Origin: a virus
IMG/VR virus record: IMGVR_UViG_3300007513_002727
Location: 28,943 to 92,942 of that record
Strand: one strand, 5' to 3'
Length of the DNA: 64,000 nucleotides
A program made the translations under genes and the position numbers. This document shows positions 19,755 through 27,681 of the stretch, piece by piece; the first letter of the stretch is position 1; each line of letters begins with the position of its first letter. The notes below the pieces were generated by a model. That model was not told the DNA's origin. It searched no databases and saw only the letters and a program-made list of their open reading frames with translations.

Positions 19755-20345
19755 TTATTCCAACAGCTCGTGAATACCGTAATATAAGAAGTAAATTGCT
19801 AGGCCAGTAAATATCCAACGACTAGCTCTCCATATTTTAGCAACTGGAATTTTTCTAATTTGTTTTGATGCTACTAGGCCGACTATAAGCAAAGCACCCA
19901 ATCCAATCACAGCACCTAATCCAATACTCATTACAGATGTACCTGCGTACATTAATGCTGTAAGAAATGCTACAATTTCTGCGCCTTCTCTAAACACGGT
20001 AAGAAATACAATTAATGCCAATGCCAATATTGGTCCATTACTTTTTAAATTAGCCTGAATAATTTTTGTATGTTGTACTGCTCCATGACAGAACCATGCT
20101 GTCCAAAACAATAATCCAGAGGCGGCCAGTGCCGTCCATCCTTCTACTGCTTCAAAGTCGTTTGCAATGAACTGTTGAGCAAAGTATCCTAATATCACTG
20201 CACAAACAAGTGCTAATGCTGTTGATCCTAATATTGTTATTTTTTGTCTATAATTGGTTACCATTAGCCAAGCCATCTGTACTATTAGATATGCTTCTAA
20301 GCCTTCTCTAAACCAAATAAACGTAGGTGCTAATGTTCCTGTCAT
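19755..20345 (-). CDS. FTR1-family iron permease
   Basis: Two RExxE motifs (FREGLEA, FREGAEI) and about six transmembrane helices. Confidence 0.9.
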   Translation of the reverse strand: MTGTLAPTFIWFREGLEAYLIVQMAWLMVTNYRQKITILGSTALALVCAVILGYFAQQFIANDFEAVEGWTALAASGLLFWTAWFCHGAVQHTKIIQANLKSNGPILALALIVFLTVFREGAEIVAFLTALMYAGTSVMSIGLGAVIGLGALLIVGLVASKQIRKIPVAKIWRASRWIFTGLAIYFLYYGIHELLE

Positions 20346-20419
20346 AATATTAGTATATTGCGAATAATATGCAATCGCAAGTATTTATTTCTATTTCGGT
20401 AATCTAATTTAAATGTGAG

Positions 20420-20791
20420 TTATTTCAACTCTACAGTTCCGCCGGCTTCTTCTAACTGCTTTTTAAGTTTTTCAACTTCTTCTTTTTCAATATCTTCTTT
20501 AACTGGTTTTGGTAAATCCTCAACAAAATTCTTGGCTTCTATTAACCCTAATCCTAATATATCTTTAATTGCTTTTAATACTGGAATTTTTTTGTTCTCA
20601 CCAAATCCTGTTAGCATAACGGTTGCAGTTGCTTTCTCTTCTGCTGGTGCTGATGCTGATGCTTGGGCAGGTGCTGATTGTAAGTTATCTAGGTCTATGT
20701 TCCACTCTTTGGCTAGTTTTTTAGATAGGTCTAGTGCTTCTAGAACTGTAAGTTGCCCTAGTTCCTTCACTAATGTATCTATATTTGCCAT
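20420..20791 (-). CDS. rplL: Ribosomal protein bL12 (L7/L12)
   Basis: LTVLEALDLSKKL N-terminal domain, Ala-rich hinge, and KIPVLKAIK..LGLGLIEAK...LEEAGGTVELK. Confidence 0.93.
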   Translation of the reverse strand: MANIDTLVKELGQLTVLEALDLSKKLAKEWNIDLDNLQSAPAQASASAPAEEKATATVMLTGFGENKKIPVLKAIKDILGLGLIEAKNFVEDLPKPVKEDIEKEEVEKLKKQLEEAGGTVELK

Positions 20792-20800
20792 TATTTGTTA

Positions 20801-20935
20801 TTATTTTTTTCGTTTACCCATGTAATGCTCAGATGGTTCGTAGTTCCATCGTTTGCCATGATGTCCACGGATATCTGCATACCACATTCTAAGTCTTACT
20901 ATAAATTTTCGAATTGCTCTATTTCTGATTGTCAC
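20801..20935 (-). CDS. Small basic protein (44 aa; not in ORF track)
   Basis: GTG start abuts the upstream stop. MTIRNRAIRKFIVRLRMWYADIRGHHGKRWNYEPSEHYMGKRKK* fills the gap before rplL. Confidence 0.7.
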   Translation of the reverse strand: MTIRNRAIRKFIVRLRMWYADIRGHHGKRWNYEPSEHYMGKRKK

Positions 20936-21139
20936 TTATCTTCCTATCTTCTTTTTTCTACCAATTGGTAATTTTTGTTCTTTAACGAAAACCTCCCCTT
21001 TTTTCGTCTCCCACTCAATAGTTACCATCGGAGCCTTAGAAGATGCTTGAAACGACTTTAGAGCTTTCTTAAATGATGTTGCCTCAATTATTTTTTCTTC
21101 TGTTCCAGATATAATTTTAAATTCTCTCATTTTTGACAT
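20936..21139 (-). CDS. Small basic protein (67 aa)
   Basis: First gene of the minus-strand operon, behind TTGACA-17-TACATT. Confidence 0.65.
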   Translation of the reverse strand: MSKMREFKIISGTEEKIIEATSFKKALKSFQASSKAPMVTIEWETKKGEVFVKEQKLPIGRKKKIGR

Positions 21140-21147
21140 AATAATTT

Positions 21148-21191
21148 AATGTAACATAAGATTGACTTTTTGTCAACTGTATGCTTAAATA
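21148..21191. promoter_or_regulatory. Divergent promoter with palindromic -35 boxes (TTGACT-TTT-TGTCAA)
   Basis: Minus strand: TTGACA 21176-21171 and TGnTACATT. Plus strand: TTGACT 21162-21167 and TAAATA 21186-21191, just before tmRNA. Confidence 0.6.
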
Positions 21192-21196
21192 TTAAT

Positions 21197-21492
21197 AAGT
21201 TTGTTGACTAATAATTAATAAGCGGACAAGACGAGAGTTCGAATCTCTCCACCTCCACCAAATTTTGGTGGCTTATGTAATCCCTTTCGGGGGTGTTATT
21301 GGAAATCGATTGACGTCTAAACTTGTTACGAGAACTTGGACATGGTACTGACCTAACAGGCCGTTTTTAAATGCAAACAAAAGAGCATTAGGATTTGCTG
21401 ACTTTACAGTTGGTATGTCTGAATTGAGATTAGCGGCGTAATAACTGTTTAATTTCTGGGGTTTGGCCCACCTCGCAACAGAACGGGCCACT
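21197..21492 (+). ncRNA. ssrA: Circularly permuted (two-piece, alphaproteobacterial-type) tmRNA
   Basis: Acceptor piece: T-arm GAGAG-TTCGAAT-CTCTC and CACCTCC-A-CCA, ending at 21260. Coding piece starts GGGGGTG at 21289, giving the G3.U70 alanine identity pair. Tag 21373-21441 reads ANKRALGFADFTVGMSELRLAA*. 3' hairpin TGGCCC...GGGCCA. Confidence 0.95.
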
Positions 21493-21573
21493 TCATTTAA
21501 AACAACATATAACTTATACCGTCATATAATTGATGCAACTATTGATTTAAATAATTGCGTCAAGGGGGAGGGT

Positions 21574-21885
21574 ATGTTTAAAAAGGCACAAAAACGAACA
21601 AATTATTGGTCTAAGATCAGAAAGAAGGCACCTAAAGTCCCTGATATAACTTGTCCTGACATTGATTGGGTAGTAAATCAATTAGAAAAAGCCATAGGCA
21701 AATCAATAACACAAACACAGTTTAAAAGAATAGAAAAAAAGATGGAAAAATTAAGAATAACAAACGAACAATTAAGAGAAAGCGGAATATACTGGCATGA
21801 CGCTTGTAAAGAAACTGTTCGTGATTTACTTGGAAAGAAAAAGAACTCTGATACACCGTGGTTTTATAGGAGCTCTTTGGATTAG
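21574..21885 (+). CDS. Hypothetical protein
   Basis: SD GGGGAGG before ATG 21574. The longer ORF-track version overlaps tmRNA. Confidence 0.65.
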   Translation: MFKKAQKRTNYWSKIRKKAPKVPDITCPDIDWVVNQLEKAIGKSITQTQFKRIEKKMEKLRITNEQLRESGIYWHDACKETVRDLLGKKKNSDTPWFYRSSLD

Positions 21886-21890
21886 ATAAT

Positions 21891-22094
21891 ATGTGGAAAG
21901 TACTTGTTATATTATGTATGGTTGGGTATGATTGCTCAGCATTTCAACAAAGCCCAATGCAGTTTTATGAAACCTATGAAGAGTGTCTTATTGTTGCTCG
22001 TCAAAAACGGGACCTCTTAATAATGAAATATGCAGAACATGGTTATTATATAACAGAATCAAAAGCAGTTTGTGAACAACAACCAGTAACTTAA
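21891..22094 (+). CDS. Small Cys-containing secreted/membrane protein
   Basis: Hydrophobic N-terminus; F/Y-x-T-x-x-x-C ... C pattern. Confidence 0.6.
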   Translation: MWKVLVILCMVGYDCSAFQQSPMQFYETYEECLIVARQKRDLLIMKYAEHGYYITESKAVCEQQPVT

Positions 22095-22286
22095 ATGAAA
22101 TGGGTATTAATAATATATTTTTTTATTAGTGGTCCTAATGGTGGATGGACAGAAACAGATAGAACTTTTTACCAAACTAAACAACAATGTATAGAATATA
22201 GAGATTTTTTCAATGCCCTTCCTAAACCTGGAACACTAATGTCTAGATGTAAAAGAGTCGATTCTGTAAGCAAATTGAATTTTTAG
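22095..22286 (+). CDS. Small secreted protein, possibly related to 21891..22094
   Basis: MKWVLII...FYQTKQQC...SRC compared with MWKVLVI...FYETYEEC...AVC. Confidence 0.6.
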   Translation: MKWVLIIYFFISGPNGGWTETDRTFYQTKQQCIEYRDFFNALPKPGTLMSRCKRVDSVSKLNF

Positions 22287-22325
22287 TTTTTATATCTACA
22301 CGCATAATAATATTTAATAGCAAGG

Positions 22326-22353
22326 TTGACTCTTATTAAAATTCTGTTATAAT
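22326..22353 (+). promoter_or_regulatory. Sigma70-like early promoter
   Basis: TTGACT-16-TATAAT with an extended TG. Confidence 0.75.
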
Positions 22354-22432
22354 AGTTAGATAATTGGGTCATTAATGTATGCCCTAGGCACTAATGTACA
22401 TTGATAGACACTTAATATAGGATTAAAATATT

Positions 22433-23518
22433 ATGAAAAGAGAAAAACGTAGACTTTTGGATATTCTACCAGAAGTGAAAACAGCACTAGCAACCTCAAT
22501 CAAAGGTTGGGATGGTATTCTAAAAGGTGCTAAAAATAAACTTAAAAAAGATTTAACAGCAGGTAAGAATTTCCCACAAGGTGTACAAGCCATAGACATA
22601 TCTAAAATATGGATAGACTATTCTGTACAAAGAGACATTAAACATAAACACGTAGCTAAAATTATAGAAAGATTTGATCCTCGTATAGCGATGCCAAGTG
22701 CAGGTGTTAAATTATTAAATGGTGCTGAAGATGATAGAATTTTTGTTTATGACGGGCAACATAGATTAATGGTATGTGCTTTGTTAGATATTAAAGAAGT
22801 ACAGGTATGTGTTATTGAAACATCAGAAAAAACATTTCCAGCATACGCATTTGAAGTGTGTAATGATTCGGGTATAGCAAAAGCAAGTAAAGAAGATATA
22901 CACAGAACATTATTATATAGATGGGAACACGGTACTGAAGAAGAACGTGAAGATCCTAGAGTTAGAAAAGCACACAAAATACAAACTGTATTTGATGAAT
23001 GTAGTATAGACTTAGAAGGACAACGTATTCGTAAAAGCGATAAACTACGAGGTTCACAAGCACACTTCTTTTCACACTTTCAATATGCACACTTTGGTTA
23101 TGATGAGATTGGAATGCTAGAAATGAAAAAAGTTCTTAACGCAATTAAAACTGTTTATGCAGATGAGGAAGAAATTGATCAAGGTTTATACATAGGACTT
23201 GTGGATATGATTAGAATTGCAAAAAGTGAACAAGAATTAGAAGACTTGCCCGAGGGTTGGATGGAAGTTGTATTAAAAGTTATTAAAAGAGCAACTGGTA
23301 ATGCTAAAAACTTTACACAATGTACTCGAGAACAATGGCAACATCATAACGGAACTTCAATGGAAGGTCCTAAAGGTATGTGTAATACAATGAGAGAAGT
23401 ATATAAAAAATATCACGATAAAGAAGAATATATTAATGTTCCACATCACCAAAATTGTAAAGTGGGAATTATAGATGATAACATCTGTGCAAGATTTGAG
23501 GCTATGTTAAATGGTTGA
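22433..23518 (+). CDS. ParB/Srx-like domain protein (DGQHR; DUF6551/DndB-like)
   Basis: IDYSVQRDI...KIIERFDP...VYDGQHRL. Confidence 0.7.
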   Translation: MKREKRRLLDILPEVKTALATSIKGWDGILKGAKNKLKKDLTAGKNFPQGVQAIDISKIWIDYSVQRDIKHKHVAKIIERFDPRIAMPSAGVKLLNGAEDDRIFVYDGQHRLMVCALLDIKEVQVCVIETSEKTFPAYAFEVCNDSGIAKASKEDIHRTLLYRWEHGTEEEREDPRVRKAHKIQTVFDECSIDLEGQRIRKSDKLRGSQAHFFSHFQYAHFGYDEIGMLEMKKVLNAIKTVYADEEEIDQGLYIGLVDMIRIAKSEQELEDLPEGWMEVVLKVIKRATGNAKNFTQCTREQWQHHNGTSMEGPKGMCNTMREVYKKYHDKEEYINVPHHQNCKVGIIDDNICARFEAMLNG

Positions 23519-24089
23519 TGTTAATAAACTTAAATGGCTGGGTGAACACTTTCAATCATTACCTAGATTTCGTAAAAAAAACAACATCTTATCTAACACC
23601 GCAAGTTTAAAATTTCTTAAAACAGAAGTTGAAAGACTTAAAGATATGTTAAGACAAAAAAGATCAAGTGACGAACGTTATGAGATTAGTAAAATATTAA
23701 ATAGAACCGTTCGTAGAACACAAGATATTTGCCAAAACATTTATAGTATTCATTATTACGAAGAATTTGAACAAGACAAACGTAGAGTAAAAGAACACGT
23801 CATACCACAAAATTTATTAATTGATGCATATTTAGAAGGACATATAACATTTGAAACTATGTTGGGTATGCCGTTAGTAAATTTAAGCGAAGCAAGTGAT
23901 CAACTAATTACAGGTAAAGGACTAGCTAAAGTAAATTCAAATTGGGTATATCCTTTTAGAAGATATAAAATAGCAGGCATACAAGAAAACATTTATACTG
24001 CGAGTGGTGTTAAAATTGATTTCGAAAATTGGAGCCTTACTGATCACTTTAAACTATACAAAGAGATAGAACTATATGGAAAATTATAA
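23511..24089 (+). CDS. Putative HNH-like nuclease (EHxxP motif)
   Basis: VKEHVIPQN...LVNLSEA and PFRRYKIAGI; overlaps the ParB-like gene by 8 bp. Confidence 0.45.
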   Translation: MVDVNKLKWLGEHFQSLPRFRKKNNILSNTASLKFLKTEVERLKDMLRQKRSSDERYEISKILNRTVRRTQDICQNIYSIHYYEEFEQDKRRVKEHVIPQNLLIDAYLEGHITFETMLGMPLVNLSEASDQLITGKGLAKVNSNWVYPFRRYKIAGIQENIYTASGVKIDFENWSLTDHFKLYKEIELYGKL

Positions 24090-24690
24090 GCAAGAAATAG
24101 AAAACATGATTGCTGTATGTAATCTTCATGCAAGAAGTTATGCAGGTGGTAAAAATATTAGTTCAAAAGTACAAAATGCTATGCGAATGATTCCTAGACA
24201 TAACTTTGTTCCACATCATCCTTATAAAGATACTCCAATGCCAATTGGACATGGTCAAACAATTTCTCAACCTTTTATTGTAGCATATATGACAGATATG
24301 CTAGATATTGGTCTTTCACATACAGTATTAGAAATTGGTACAGGTTCAGGATACCAAGCGGCAGTACTATCTGAAGTTGCTTCAAAAGTTTATACTGTTG
24401 AAAGAATTAAAGCATTGGCGGATCAAACAAAAATACTTCTTGAACATTATAGTAATATACATATGAAAATAGGAAACGGATATGAAGGGTGGAATGAACA
24501 CGCACCTTATGATAGAATTATTGTAACAGCCATGCCAGATTATATTCCAAAATCATTAATTGAACAACTTAAAGACGGAGGCAAAATGATTATTCCTGTT
24601 AAAGGTAATTTAATATTAGTTACTAAAACAGGTAAAACATACACAGAGAAATCTTTAATTGGAGTACGTTTTGTACCATTAGTAGAATGA
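24076..24690 (+). CDS. pcm: Protein-L-isoaspartate O-methyltransferase
   Basis: PIGHGQTISQPFIVAYMT, VLEIGTGSGYQAAVL, APYDRIIVTA and VRFVPL. Confidence 0.95.
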   Translation: MENYKQEIENMIAVCNLHARSYAGGKNISSKVQNAMRMIPRHNFVPHHPYKDTPMPIGHGQTISQPFIVAYMTDMLDIGLSHTVLEIGTGSGYQAAVLSEVASKVYTVERIKALADQTKILLEHYSNIHMKIGNGYEGWNEHAPYDRIIVTAMPDYIPKSLIEQLKDGGKMIIPVKGNLILVTKTGKTYTEKSLIGVRFVPLVE

Positions 24691-25400
24691 TTGACTGGCA
24701 AAAATACGGACCTAGCTATACAGTATCGCCTGGCATTAAAAAAATTGGAGATCTTCCAATTATTGAATTTGATGATCAAGAGGATAGATATTTAGAACTA
24801 AAGAAAAAAACTAAAGAAAATATATTTTTTGATCCAATGTTTGATAACGACAAAGATCAAAAAGTAGTTAATAAAATAAAAGAGATATTAAAAATAGAAT
24901 ATCCTAACAAGAACTTTAATTTTAATACATTTGAAGAAATGGGTTATGCTATACAAGAAGACATAGCAATTTTCCATCGCTCTAATAAACTAATAGCTCT
25001 TCACGTATCGTTTCCTTCAAGTTGGAAACCTAAAGACAAAATTGGATTATCATTTGCAAATATTCATGCACCAGTACCGGGTATGCAAAAGTTTTTAGAA
25101 CAAGAACAAAAGTATGTAGATATGATGTGTACTGCTATTAAGCCTATTATTAGATATGTTTGGGGAGAACATTTTAATTATTTGTTAAATCCACTTGAAC
25201 CTCTTAATGGAGTAAAAGTAATGCACACAGAACGACAAACGTTTGTAGGACTACCAGAAGATGATTTAGCAATTTTCTTTATTAGAAAAAAAGTTATTCC
25301 GTATAGCGATACAGATACAGAGTTTCAATTATGGTATGAGAAACAAAAACTTTCAATGTCAGAAGAGCAGAAAACATACAAATTGGTAAATGAAGTTTGA
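24687..25400 (+). CDS. Heme-dependent oxidative N-demethylase-like protein (DUF3445), truncated
   Basis: IQEDIAI...SFPSSWKPKDKIGLSFANIHAPVPG...TERQTF. Confidence 0.75.
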   Translation: MIDWQKYGPSYTVSPGIKKIGDLPIIEFDDQEDRYLELKKKTKENIFFDPMFDNDKDQKVVNKIKEILKIEYPNKNFNFNTFEEMGYAIQEDIAIFHRSNKLIALHVSFPSSWKPKDKIGLSFANIHAPVPGMQKFLEQEQKYVDMMCTAIKPIIRYVWGEHFNYLLNPLEPLNGVKVMHTERQTFVGLPEDDLAIFFIRKKVIPYSDTDTEFQLWYEKQKLSMSEEQKTYKLVNEV

Positions 25401-25608
25401 TTGTTTTTATAAGGTTACTGTAACCACGTGTGTTCCTGAGTCTATAAATTTCTTTGAAGATCAAGAAATATATCATTGGGGATATTATCCATATCATTTG
25501 GTAATCAAAGGAGTAAAAGAACTTTACAAAGAGGGTGCTGATGCTGTAGAATTAGAAATGATAACACAAGAAGAATTTGACAAAATTATAAAACCATATA
25601 CACCATGA
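25390..25608 (+). CDS. Hypothetical protein
   Basis: Overlap-coupled ORF in the operon. Confidence 0.55.
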   Translation: MKFDCFYKVTVTTCVPESINFFEDQEIYHWGYYPYHLVIKGVKELYKEGADAVELEMITQEEFDKIIKPYTP

Positions 25609-25814
25609 AAGAATTTAAATTAAACATTAAAATAGGTGACAAAGTAGAAGTAGGACGATTTCGTAATGTTACCACTAAAATTAAAGCAATCGAACTTGAC
25701 AATAACGGGCAACCTGTTATAATAACAAATAAAGGTGCAAAGAAATTATTAAGTTGCAGATTGGTAAAACTATATAAAACATCAAAACAACTACTAATGG
25801 AAAAAAAGAAATGA
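25605..25814 (+). CDS. Small KOW/SH3-like protein; paralog of 5259..5498
   Basis: ATGA coupling and direct similarity to the ORF at 5259. Confidence 0.65.
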   Translation: MKEFKLNIKIGDKVEVGRFRNVTTKIKAIELDNNGQPVIITNKGAKKLLSCRLVKLYKTSKQLLMEKKK

Positions 25815-26533
25815 AACATTTAGGACACAAAGGAATAGAGGCAAACGATACACTACCAAAATATTTTGGTACAAATAATAGATTAATGACAACACTACAA
25901 AAGGTTGCTGAAAAAGATACTGCTGAATATTTTTACAATTTAGAAATACAACCAGAATTTATTCCAAGTGCAGAGCCAGAAACATTTGCAACACTAGATG
26001 CAAGTAAGGCAAAATGCAGAGAAGAAGCATGGAAACGTGCAAACGTCGATGGGTTTGTTGCAGAGTATGGTATAGACAAAGGTAAAAGTTTTATACAATT
26101 ATGTGAACTTAACAAAGATAATGAAACATTTGGCTTTGATGGATTTTTAGGATTGCCAGATGGTGTATGGCCGGGCAACATGATTCATCAAGGTGCGTTT
26201 AATTATGATGGACAAATTCCGTTTGATATCCCAAGCAATGGTACTATTACTAATGGTTGGTTTAATAAAACATTACCAAACTTTAATTATAAACAACCAG
26301 TTGCAAAATTTTTACATATTGATTGTGATGTATATTCAAGTACTGTAGACGTATTCAATACCTTGCAAGGCAAAATTGTTCCAGGTACTGTAATTGTATT
26401 CGACGACTATTGTAATCATCCAAATTGGAGACAAGGTGAATACAAGGCTTGGCAAGAATTTAGATCCAACAATAATATCCAATACAAATATCTTTATGTT
26501 GCTGGTATGGCCGTAGCATTAATTGTTATCTAA
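25811..26533 (+). CDS. TylF/MycF/NovP-like O-methyltransferase
   Basis: EYGIDKGKS, GFDGFLGLP, GWFNKTLP, FLHIDCDVYSST and IVFDDY. Confidence 0.85.
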   Translation: MKHLGHKGIEANDTLPKYFGTNNRLMTTLQKVAEKDTAEYFYNLEIQPEFIPSAEPETFATLDASKAKCREEAWKRANVDGFVAEYGIDKGKSFIQLCELNKDNETFGFDGFLGLPDGVWPGNMIHQGAFNYDGQIPFDIPSNGTITNGWFNKTLPNFNYKQPVAKFLHIDCDVYSSTVDVFNTLQGKIVPGTVIVFDDYCNHPNWRQGEYKAWQEFRSNNNIQYKYLYVAGMAVALIVI

Positions 26534-26695
26534 GTGACACTCACACACGGTTTAATATTAGGAATTGGTGGCACAATACTTACTTTAGTTGGCTTTGGTA
26601 TTGCTTTTTATACTGCTACGGCACAACAAAAAAAGAAACTACAAGATGAAGAAACTCAAAGAAAACATAAAAAATTGTATGGTAATTTTGGTTGA
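26534..26695 (+). CDS. Small single-pass membrane protein (53 aa; not in ORF track)
   Basis: GTG immediately after the upstream stop; MTLTHGLILGIGGTILTLVGFGIAFY followed by a charged tail. Confidence 0.6.
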   Translation: MTLTHGLILGIGGTILTLVGFGIAFYTATAQQKKKLQDEETQRKHKKLYGNFG

Positions 26696-26720
26696 CAAAA
26701 TACCAAAAATATAATATAAT
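26692..26720 (+). promoter_or_regulatory. Perfect sigma70 consensus promoter
   Basis: TTGACA (26692-26697), 17-nt spacer, TATAAT (26715-26720). Confidence 0.85.
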
Positions 26721-26727
26721 GGTAACT

Positions 26728-26886
26728 ATGCAAAAGCGAGCATCGGGTTTACAAGTGCGTAGAAACTCATTTGTCAACTTCAACCATATCACCCCCTTTA
26801 GGGTAATGCATTTTAGAAGCAGAGAGGCTGGTGACAGGCTTACTGCGAGACTGCGTAAGAACTTGTTCCCGATGTTAGGCTTTTAG
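26728..26886 (+). ncRNA. Candidate structured ncRNA, about 158-nt rod with internal bubbles (6S-like)
   Basis: Nested end-to-end pairing: AAAAGC/GCTTTT, AGCATCGGG/CCCGATGTT, ACAAGT/ACTTGT, TGCGTAG/CTGCGTA, TGTCA/TGACA. GC-richer than its flanks and begins at the expected start site of the consensus promoter. Confidence 0.6.
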
Positions 26887-26887
26887 T

Positions 26888-27373
26888 ATGAGAAAAAAAT
26901 CACAAGAGTTATTAGATAATTTAAACAAAATTACTGCTAAACCAAAAATGACATTTGAAGAAAATGTTGAATCTTATACTAATAGACATTATCCTAGCAC
27001 TATACACAAATTACCAACAAGTTATGACAAAGCAAAACGTTATAAAGACGAAGAAGGTGAAGAATATATTAAAATTGATAGAGTATATGGAGGACTATAC
27101 GAGTGCCAACTTAGACAAAAAGATGGTACAATATATAAAGGTAAACTCTATAATAAAAAAAGATTAATTAAAAATGAGGTAGATGGTAAAAACTTTTATT
27201 CACAATGTCATATGACGTCTGATGGACGTTGGTTTGATAACTGTGGATTACCAATTGAACCACCAAAACAAGTAGATATTGAACCTGAAGCAAAACCAGA
27301 CGAAGACGACATTAAAGAACAAAAAAGAATAGCACGTGAAAGAGAACAACGAATAATAGCAGGATTAAAATGA
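26888..27373 (+). CDS. Hypothetical protein
   Basis: 161-aa ORF with typical codon use. Confidence 0.6.
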   Translation: MRKKSQELLDNLNKITAKPKMTFEENVESYTNRHYPSTIHKLPTSYDKAKRYKDEEGEEYIKIDRVYGGLYECQLRQKDGTIYKGKLYNKKRLIKNEVDGKNFYSQCHMTSDGRWFDNCGLPIEPPKQVDIEPEAKPDEDDIKEQKRIAREREQRIIAGLK

Positions 27374-27681
27374 GTTGTTTGTCTTTACTTTTTGCCTTAT
27401 CAATGCACATTGGATTAGAAGGAAATTATAATAACTACCATCCACACGCACGATGTCAAAAAGATGCTTTAATTTCAGGAGTTTATTATAATAGTGAAGA
27501 TAATGTATCTGCTTACATTGGTCTTGAACATAACGGATTTGAAGTTGGATTAGTTACTGGTTACAGCCAAGATGTAGTTCCTATGTTTAGATATAAAAAG
27601 AATAATTGGTTTATTGCTCCTGGATATGAAATTGACGGAACTCATGGAATTGTAATTGGATGGGCGTTTAAGTTAAAATGA
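27370..27681 (+). CDS. Small secreted/outer-membrane beta-strand protein
   Basis: Signal-like N-terminus and alternating amphipathic strands (GVYYNSE..SAYIG...VGLVTGY). Confidence 0.55.
   Translation: MSCLSLLFALSMHIGLEGNYNNYHPHARCQKDALISGVYYNSEDNVSAYIGLEHNGFEVGLVTGYSQDVVPMFRYKKNNWFIAPGYEIDGTHGIVIGWAFKLK

Noticed and set aside
20415-20825. 136-aa plus-strand ORF
   Set aside because: Antisense shadow of rplL, rich in Ser/Phe.
21222-21260. Apparent tRNA-Ala fragment (T-arm plus CCA)
   Set aside because: No anticodon arm; it is the acceptor piece of the permuted tmRNA.
21273-21491. 72-aa minus-strand ORF, and the 5' extension of ORF 21463
   Set aside because: Both overlap the tmRNA coding piece; the real downstream gene has an SD and ATG at 21574.
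21530-21563. Hairpin TTGATGCAA...TTGCGTCAA next to the SD of gene 21574
   Set aside because: A real inverted repeat, but it could simply be the tmRNA terminator or a stabilising hairpin; too little evidence for a distinct element.
26692-26886. 64-aa TTG-start ORF
   Set aside because: Its start codon is the -35 box itself, there is no SD, codon use is atypical, and the region is better explained as structured RNA. Not formally excluded.
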